A stretch of DNA of 64,000 bases from the human T2T-CHM13v2.0 reference genome, Homo sapiens. A model generated the notes under the pieces. That model worked only from the letters and a program-made list of their open reading frames with translations. It searched no databases and was not told where the DNA came from. This document shows, in pieces, positions 55,014 through 64,000 of this stretch (the stretch's first letter is position 1; every line of letters starts with the position of its first letter). A program made the translations under genes and the position numbers. The DNA is taken from the NCBI RefSeq assembly GCF_009914755.1, contig NC_060941.1. One strand, given 5' to 3'.

Positions 55014-56378
55014 AGTAAAATGCAAGAGGAAAGAAATGATTTAAAGATGGAATTCATAATTAAAAGGGAAACAGAACATAAAGATGTGGAAAATGTGGAG
55101 ACTGACCATATAAAGAATGAAAAAGCATGCAAGATTGTGGCCAAGTAATGCTTTGTTACAAGGATTGATATGAATAGAAGGAAGCTAGGTGCTGTTCATC
55201 AAATCAGTGGGAGAATGGCTCTGAAGGCATTTCAAAGATCTTTGAAGCTGTCCCTCCCATCACAGGCTCCAAATGAGAGAATCTTAAGGTCAGAAAGGGT
55301 TTGGTACTCTCCACATTCTAGCACGGTGCCCCTTTGCTGCTCCAGTTGTGGCTCAAGTGGGTTTAGATGAGACTTGCGCTGCTGCTGCAGAGGCCACAAA
55401 CTGTGAGCCTTGGTGGTGTTCATGTAGTACTGACTGTAGATACACAGACTGCAGGAGTTGTGGGGCAATGGTGGTCCACCTAGGTTTGAAAGGATGTTTC
55501 TGACAGCCTGCCTTAGGGGTGTAGCCACAGCAGAGAGGTCCTCCTAGGGCCATGCTCAGGAAAACGGGGGGTCAGAGCAGCCACTGAGACCCTAGAACTG
55601 TAGAACTATCAGCCTGCAATACTAGCCTGAGAGAGCTGCAGCAGAGACTCCAATCAGATAGCTGCTGTATGGGCTGAGCCCAGCAAAGCCATGGGGCAGG
55701 GCTATCTGAGGGCATTTGGGGCCTAACACCAAGACCCCAGGCAGCCCTTCCCCATGTCGGGCACATCCAGGAGACAGCACATGGAGTCGAAGTTTATTCT
55801 CCAGTCTTAAGATTTAATGCTGTCTTCCCTGTTGGACTCACCTGGGGCCAGTTACCCTTTTTTCTTTCCTGTTGCTGCCTTTTGGAATGGGCCTGTCTAT
55901 CCTATGCCTCTCCCACCATTGGATTTTGGAACTAGATAACGTCTTTAATAGGTTCACATATGGAGGAGAATTTGCCTCAGGATAAGTCCTGTGTTGAGTC
56001 TTATTCATATCAGAGTCACATGAGACTCTTAGATTTACATTTTGACTTTTAAGTTGGTGCTGGAACAAGTTAATACTTTGGGACTATTGGAATAAAATGA
56101 ATATATTTTGTGTACGAGAAGGACATGGATTTGGGGGACCAAGGGTGGAATGCAATGGTTTGAATGTGTCCCTCAAAGTTCATGTGTTGGAAACTTGATC
56201 CTCAATGCCGCAGTGTTGGGAGGTTGGGCCTAACAGGAGATGTTTGGGTCATGGTGACACCACCCTCATGAGTGGATTAATGCTGTTATCACAAAAGAGG
56301 GTTCCTTATAAAAGGATGAGTTTGACTCCCTCTTTCTCTGTCTCACCCTCTCTTTTTCCTTCCACAGTGGGAAGACAC
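54993..56378 (+). mobile_element. MaLR (MST-type) internal region plus truncated LTR, duplicate copy
   Basis: Matches 33420-35017. Confidence 0.8.
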
Positions 56379-58103
56379 GGTATTCCTGGTTATCTATAAC
56401 CAAGTCTCATTCTATAAACAGAATCCTAACTTCCACAACTTTCCACATATGTTATTTATCAGGGGACATGTTACTTACCATAGAAATAAGTGTAGTTTTC
56501 CTGAAATGAAACTCTGATCCCCTTGTTTGGAATGTTTTCCTCTCTTTTATCCAGAAGTCAAAAGATATATACACTTTTAAAGGACCTTACATGCTTCTAT
56601 GTCATCAAAAAGCCTTCATTCACTCAAGAAACATTTATCACCAGTGTTCTCTGTGCTGAGTATCATGGTAACAAAAAGAAACATCATAGCCCATGCATTC
56701 AGGGTATTTGCACTGTATATGGGGGAATGAAAGAAGTAAATGTCTATGATACAGTAGAATGTATCAAATTATGAGCACAAGACAGGAAATAATAATAGAT
56801 GAATGGGGTAGCTTATTAGGAAATATATTATTGAGAAGGAAATATTTTAACTGGGTTTTGACACATGAGTAGGAGTTTGCAGAGTGGACAAAAAAAGATG
56901 AAACATTCCAAGAAGATGAAGCAGTCTCAGCAAGCTTAGCAAATTGTATTCTTTATCGCTTTCTTGGCTACACTAAGACATATTAGGCTTACTTTCTCTT
57001 TAATCTTGGACAAGTATTTTGTTTGTTTGTTTTAGCTTTTTAATGCTTCTTTTGAGTATTCTGCTAAAAGAGTAATAAGAATGTACCTACTTTTTAAGGT
57101 TGTATTAAAGAGTGAAAATGAAAAAGATATTTAGCACAATGTCTGGTACATAGTCAATACTTCACAAGTAATATATATATACACTGAGGGTGTGTGGAAA
57201 TTATCCACATACTATACATTTTTATTTTAGTTGTTTAATGAACATAATTGTAATTCTTTTCATTTTTGCCAAATTCTGTTTCTTATGCATGTGTCTTATA
57301 CAAGTACCTGCAGGAAAAAGAGGAGGGTTTATCTGTTCTATACCCAGAGTACCCAATAGAATGTCTTGGATGCATATTATTGAAGGCTTAATAATTCTAA
57401 ATATTGTTTACATATAACAAATGCTTTTGTCAATGAAAATCCATCATGCAGTTTTGATGATCAAAGGTAAATCAAAACTTCCTACTCCAAATGCCTATGC
57501 TGTAAGACATACAGAAAAATGTGTTTTTACTCATTAAAGGCAATGAGTCATGGCTAAGTACTTTCACTTGGAGTGGTGGAATGAGATCTGACACAGAGTT
57601 TATAACTTCCTTGAGATCTGACCATCTCCCCAACCATTCAAGAAGCATACACGGAATCAGAGTCATCTTCATTATAGATGGGACATCCTTCTCCCGAATG
57701 AGTCCTTCCTTCTAATTCCTTTCCAACATTTCATCTGACCAGGACATTATTTGACAACAAAAGACACATTCACATTATAAAAATTGTCCCCCATGATTTG
57801 CAGAGAGCAATCTACAGGTAGGAGGGAGAATCACATTTAGAAATAAAGTGTCAGAGTCATGTGACCAGTGCTTTGTAAAAGACACTGCAGAGACCAGGGA
57901 CAAAGGTGACCCCCACTAAGGAAGAAATATGACAAGTGTTTCCAATAGAAACACAGGAGCACAGCAGGAAAAGGAAATGGGTTATTTTCTCTCTTTTGGA
58001 GTATTTAAGTAGAAGCACACAATTATGTAATTACATGATTAAGTTTTCCACGAGGTAAATAATAAGGAAATAATGACGTGGTGGCAATGGGCCTTCAGCA
58101 GGG

Positions 58104-58109
58104 TATAAA
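58104..58109 (+). promoter_or_regulatory. TATA box of KRTAP4-9
   Basis: GGGTATAAAGG. Confidence 0.85.
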
Positions 58110-58192
58110 GGAGGCTATGGACCCAGAAGACTTCCAAACCCAAGAACTTCACTCTCTTGAAAACCCACCCAGATCCTCCCCGTTCTGACACC

Positions 58193-58825
58193 ATGGTCAG
58201 CTCCTGTTGTGGCTCCGTGTGCTCTGACCAGGGCTGCGGCCAAGACCTCTGTCAGGAGACCTGCTGCCGCCCCAGCTGCTGTGAGACCACCTGCTGCAGG
58301 ACCACCTGCTGCCGCCCCAGCTGTTGTGTATCCAGCTGCTGCAGGCCCCAGTGCTGCCAGTCTGTGTGCTGCCAACCCACTTGTTCCCGCCCCAGCTGCT
58401 GTCAGACCACCTGTTGCAGGACCACCTGCTACCGCCCCAGCTGTTGTGTGTCCAGCTGCTGCAGGCCCCAGTGCTGCCAGCCTGTGTGCTGCCAACCCAC
58501 CTGCTGTCGCCCCAGCTGCTGTGAGACGACCTGCTGCCACCCTAGGTGCTGCATCTCCAGCTGCTGTCGCCCCAGCTGCTGTGTGTCCAGCTGCTGCAAG
58601 CCCCAGTGCTGCCAGTCTGTGTGCTGCCAGCCCAACTGCTGCCGCCCCAGCTGCAGCATCTCCAGCTGCTGCCGCCCCTCTTGCTGTGAATCCAGCTGCT
58701 GCCGCCCCTGCTGCTGCGTGCGTCCAGTCTGTGGCCGAGTCTCCTGCCACACCACTTGCTATCGCCCAACCTGTGTCATCTCCAGCTGCCCCCGCCCCTT
58801 GTGCTGTGCCTCCTCTTGCTGCTGA
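58193..58825 (+). CDS. KRTAP4-9: Keratin-associated protein 4-9, 210 aa
   Basis: GACACCATGG at 58193; [20 protein letters not shown]...CCASSCC. Confidence 0.9.
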   Translation: MVSSCCGSVCSDQGCGQDLCQETCCRPSCCETTCCRTTCCRPSCCVSSCCRPQCCQSVCCQPTCSRPSCCQTTCCRTTCYRPSCCVSSCCRPQCCQPVCCQPTCCRPSCCETTCCHPRCCISSCCRPSCCVSSCCKPQCCQSVCCQPNCCRPSCSISSCCRPSCCESSCCRPCCCVRPVCGRVSCHTTCYRPTCVISSCPRPLCCASSCC

Positions 58826-59269
58826 GCCCACTGCCCTGGCTTATCTCCCCCTTCACCACTGGCCCACAGATGTAGACCCTTCTACTGTGCTGACCATTAG
58901 GATACAGGAAGTGGGGTTGATGTCATTCAATAGAATGGAACTCATGTTTCCAATGAGCCCATCACCATTTCACTGACTCTTTGAGAACATTCTGATTCAT
59001 TTTAAACTCCCTCCCTTGCTTTCTTTTTCTTCCGGTGGTGGCACCAAATGTGAATTAATTTGTAATCCACTAGCTAGAAATTATTCCAATCCTCTAATTT
59101 CCTCATTTTCTTTATCACTTTGAGGTACAGATCTTCTTCTCAGTGAGGCAGACATTATCTGCAGGACCAGTTTTGTCACTGAGGTTGCACCCTCAGATCC
59201 AGCCGCCCAGTTATATTCTGTGTTTCTCCTAGTGTGAATTTCTTATGCTTTGTTGCATCTCTGCTTTTT

Positions 59270-59275
59270 AATAAA
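59270..59275 (+). terminator. poly(A) signal of KRTAP4-9
   Basis: AATAAA at the position homologous to 37907. Confidence 0.75.
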
Positions 59276-60287
59276 ATTTCTGTACATAAGAATTCATTGG
59301 TATCATTCTCTATTGCTTTCATAATTATTTTACTGATTCCCTGACAATTATATTTTACACAAAGATGCAGGAAAAGCAACCCGTGTTGAAATCACTTTGA
59401 AGATACATGCTATATCGAATATAGATAATTTACGGTATTGGAATAGAAGTGCTGTGTGTATATGTGTGTGTATGTGTGTGTGTGTGTGTGCACATGTGTC
59501 TTAATATCCTAAATTAAGACAGTTTTAATTCATACCTTAGCTCTTGAAACACATTTTATCTTTAACACATTATATCTCATAATACTATCGTCCCTGTTTT
59601 GACAAAAAAGATAAAACCAAATTTCTGAAAATTAGACACCAATGAAAGAAGGGAAATCTTCTATAAAGAATTTCATGTACTGAATTCATTTTACTCAATA
59701 ACAACATTTTGGAATTTATAATCAAAAAGTGGGCTTTATTTCCCAGTGAGTTCTGCTGAGACAAAAAAGCATATTGAGCTGTAGTTCATCTGGATAGCAT
59801 GGTATATTGCTGACTGTGGTCTCTACGGGTTTACATTATAATTTAAACAACTCCACACTTAACATTTTAATATATATAAACCCAGAAAGGATGAAAATTT
59901 CAAGGCTCGCTTTTCTTTTTAAGAATTATTTTATTGGAATTAGTTCAGTCTTGAGTAGGTCGCAGCTGGGGTGCATATCCTAATTAGAATTTCCAAGAGA
60001 GGTGCCTTCATTTGAATCTGAAAGAATATGGTAAGTGACTATAACTTGGCATTCTAGTAGGAGCACCTGCTCTTGATGTTTTTACTTTTATTTGACTATT
60101 ATCAGCTCTGAAATGGCCTTAAGCTATTGAGCCAATCAAGTTTAAGATGATTTGTTCAGATATGTTCAAATATGAAAAATAAGCTTCATATTTTTTCAGA
60201 TGCCTTAAGAAAAATGTTGTCCAGATCTCAGTCATAGAGTTATGATGCCTTCTTAAACATGAGGCAGGATAAATAAGGTTAGGAGGC

Positions 60288-62929
60288 TGTGAAAGTAAAA
60301 TAAATATTGGGGTCCCCAAATCACTAAGCTAAAGGGAAAAGGCAAACTCGGAACTGCTTAGGACAAACTTGCCTCTCATTCTATTCAAAGTCACCCCTCT
60401 GCTCACTGAGATAAATGCATATCTGATTGCCTCCTTGGGAAAGGCTAATCAGAAACTCAAAAGAAGGCAACCATTTGTCTCTTATATACCTATGATCTGG
60501 AAGCCCCCTCCCAGCTTCGAGTTGTCCCGCCTTTGCTTCGAGTTGTCTTGCCTTTTCTGGACCAAATCCGTGTTCATCTTACATATGTTGATTGATATCT
60601 CATGTCTCCCTAAAATGTATAAAACAAAAGTGTTATCTGACCACCTTACACACATGTCATCAGGACTTCCTGAGGCTGTGTCACCGGAGCATCCTCAACC
60701 TTAGCAAAATAAACTTTCTCAATTAACTGAGACCTGTCTCAGATTTTCTGGGTTAACATTTTGGTAACTGTGAAAGGATTCTGAGTGGAGATGCCCTTGA
60801 CCTTTGACGAATATCCTGTTGGTGCCTGGTAATAGCATGAGCTAACTTTATGGCTCAAATCAATAGGACAATTTGCTGAGGTCTGGGAGCACCCTCCCCA
60901 AAGAATCCCTGATCTCCCCAAATTTGGTGAAGAACTAAAGTTCATTTTGCTGTACAACTGCCCCACCTATTTTTGTTTTTGGAGTTTTACTTGCTTACTT
61001 GCCTTCCTTATAAGGAAGGCAAGATTTACTTTTACTTCCTTATAAGGAAGGCAAGATTTACTTTTACTTCCTTTACAAGGAAGGCAAGATTTCCTGCTTC
61101 CATGATGATGAAAGGCATGTAGAGTTTGAGCTCACTCCCAGCAGGGAAGACCAGTTTGAGTTTTTTTCCTGCTTCTAGGGTGGTAGAAAGCAGCCTTCAG
61201 CCTGAGACCCATCCCTAGGTAAGTAGCTGAACTGGGGCTTTGTCTGGGCTAAAGTTTAACAACCAGCTAGCTGCTCTTAATTTCTCCTTATCATTAGAGT
61301 GCTTGGTAATCCTATGGTTGGAGATTTTGTTGTTTGTTTTGGTCTTTCTCCCATCAGACTTGACCAACTCTACCTGACTTGGTCAAATCCAAGTGAGAAT
61401 TCAAAATTACGGGTAACAAAACCTCTCTAATTTGGCTAAAATTCATTGCAGCTGCAAAAGAAGAAAACAAACAAAAAGAACCAAAAACCCATGCACTTGG
61501 TTTCTGTGTTTGCTTCCTGTCTTAAAACACGAATGTTCTTTCGTTTACTTTTCTTGCACCATATACCTCCTCCCCCTTTGCCATATGCAGTACCAAAAAG
61601 TCTAGAGAAGGCTTCTAATGACTTGAACCCCCTTAAAGAATTCAGAACAAAGGTTGCCACTCACCCCTTTTGGGGTGTTTTGTTTTCTTTGTGGAGTTTC
61701 AAGAGTCATGGGTAGATTCTTCTTAACTCTAAACCTCTATTTTCCTGTATTGCATGACCTGACCTCTTTGGCTTTGACCTTGTTGTGTATAGTGGTAGAT
61801 GAGAGCTACAAAGTTAAGGGGTGGCTGAGCAAGGTTTACAAAAAGTGGTCTTGGCTGTTGTTTTGTTTTCCTTCTAGGAATTTGTCATTTAAAGATCCTA
61901 ATTCTAGTTCACAAATGCATTCTAAAGGATCTTCTCTGTTGCTTTTTCTCCCCAAATTAAGCTCAATTCAGCTTGTCTGTGTGCATTTGCATGAGGAACT
62001 GAACTGTTGTTTTCAGTGGTGACCCACTGTGGAGTCCTGCCCACAAATGGCACATATTGATCCACCACAGAAAACCTCTAAGCCTCAGCTCAGTTCCTCT
62101 TTTTAAGAAGAAAACTGGGAAACAAATAATCTAAGAATGAGGAGAAAGCAAAGAGAATGATTCCCTTTCAAGCACTCCATAGGTTTTATGGCACCTGTAC
62201 TTGCCAGAGTTTAAGTAAAATGGAAGTAATATGGTCTTTGTGCATATTTACATTAAGAAAGAAAGGGCCCATGTAAATTAGTTCAACCATTGTGGAAGAC
62301 AGTATGGTGATTCCTCAAGGATCTAGAATCAGAAATACCATTTGATCCAGCAATCCCATTACTTGTTATATACCCAAAGGAATACAAATCATTCTACTAT
62401 AAAGACACAGGCACATGTATGTTTATTGCAGCACTATTTACAAGAGCAAAGACATGGAACTAACCCAAACGCCCATCAATTATAGACTTGATAAAGAAAA
62501 TGTGGTACATATACACCATGGAATACGATGCAGCCATAAAACGGAGTGAGATCATGTCCTTTGTAGGGACATGGATGAAGCTGGAAACCATCATCCTCAG
62601 CAAACTAACACAGAAACAGAATACCAAATACAACATGTTCTCACTCATATATGGGAGTTGAACTTTGAGAACACATGGACACAGAGAGGAGAGCAACACA
62701 TATCAGGGGCTGTTGGGGGGTGGGGAATGAGAGGAGGGAATTTAGAGGATGGGTCAATAGGTGCAGCAAACCACCAAGGCACACATATACCTATGTAACA
62801 AACCTGCACGTTCTCCTGCATGTGTATTTCATTTTTTTTAGAAGAGAAAGAAAAGAAGGAAAGAAAGCAAGCAAGCAAGAAAGCAAGCAAGCAAGAAAGA
62901 AAGAAAGCAAGCAAGAAAGAAAGAAAGAA

Positions 62930-62985
<56 letters not shown>

Positions 62986-63208
62986 AAAGAAAAAGAAAGA
63001 AAAGAAGAGCCTTAAGGTCAACCTACAAACTACAGAGTTCCTAAGTTCTCTTTTTTCTCTATTTTCTTTTCTGCCTGCTTTAAATCTGCTGTTATTTTTC
63101 TATTAAGATCAAAACCACTGTTTGGATACAACAGGCTTTTTGTTTGCAACCTGGTGAATTTGTATTTGTCTCATGGCTAAAGTTCTGAAGTAAAAGCTAT
63201 AGGATTTC

Positions 63209-63247
<39 letters not shown>

Positions 63248-64000
63248 ATCTATTTAAAAGGCCTTTATAATTTTTATAATTTTATGTTTAATTGGCAATT
63301 AAATCCATTTTGACTTCCCTCTAGCACCACCAGACTTTTTCTCTCTGTACCTTATGATATAATTTTGCTATTTGATTTTTGCCTGAGTTGTTTCCTTTAA
63401 CATGCAAACTTAAGGCTATTTAGCTGACAACTCCCTAGGGGAGTAAAACAGGTTATTAAGAATTTGAAAGCCTAAGATAGGGGAAAAAAGCTCCTTAAGT
63501 ATCTATACGATGTACTTCTATCAGCATGCCTACTATGTCTATATATTTATGTGATGTGTACACAATTTCTCGCTACTGAAAATATATAAAAGAGTTCTAA
63601 TTAATTGGCTTAAGATAAAAAGCACTTGAATCTAATACTTTATCAGGAAAAAAGAAAAGACTAGTTGAATGCTTTCTGAAGTTTATGTAACAAGTAAAAT
63701 CTTTAATAAATAAGCTAGCTTTAAAATTATTGGTAAAGTAATATTAGACATGTCTTAAAAATTGCCAGCATGCATTTTTGTTTGCATTTATTAATCAAGC
63801 AATTTCATGCTTATCCCTGTCAAATACCATAAGGTGTCAAAATTTGCCATGGAGTTACAAAACTGTAATAGAATGATCTTTGCTTGTATAATCTTTAATA
63901 AATAAGACATTGATATTGGTTTAATAAAAATAGTCACATCTTGAATTTAGTGAGATTACTGTAACTTCTAATTTTGTGGTTTTGGTGGTCTAGTCCACAG
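60288..64000 (+). mobile_element. Duplicate MER4A-type provirus (5' LTR 60288-60758, interior with the L1 fragment), runs off the window
   Basis: Same AGGC insertion site and colinear with 40234-43885. Confidence 0.88.

Larger units (their letters stand above)
54993..64000 (+). repeat. Segmental duplication, copy 2 (runs off the window)
   Basis: Colinear with 33420-43885 minus the two copy-1 L1 insertions. Confidence 0.95.

Overview
Primate, almost certainly human, genomic DNA from the keratin-associated protein (KRTAP) cluster, which I recognise from protein sequence, gene order and spacing as 17q21.2. It contains three near-identical intronless high-sulfur KRTAP2 genes on the - strand (KRTAP2-2, 2-3, 2-4), a decayed KRTAP4-like pseudogene at 24.6 kb, and intact 210-aa KRTAP4-7 and KRTAP4-9 (+). 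KRTAP4-8 (-) carries an in-frame TGA at codon 30 and an altered Kozak context on this haplotype. KRTAP4-16 (-) is a chimeric 235-aa ORF assembled from retroelement DNA, a KRTAP4 fragment and a (CCCCT)n tract. The right half is built from a ~21.4-kb-offset direct segmental duplication and a ~3-kb inverted duplication, with patchy gene conversion. The rest is Alu, L1, MIR, L2, MaLR, ERV (MER11, MER4A provirus, an env-bearing remnant) and DNA-transposon relics. The most unusual items are two in-frame, stop-delimited 90-bp copies of the KRTAP2-2 C-terminus, the TE-built KRTAP4-16 ORF at a duplication breakpoint, the KRTAP4-8 null allele and a fold-back AT-rich array. I see no evidence of a wholly new biological system. 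Gene symbols rest on recalled order and sequence, and repeat subfamily names on recalled consensus sequences, not on a database search.
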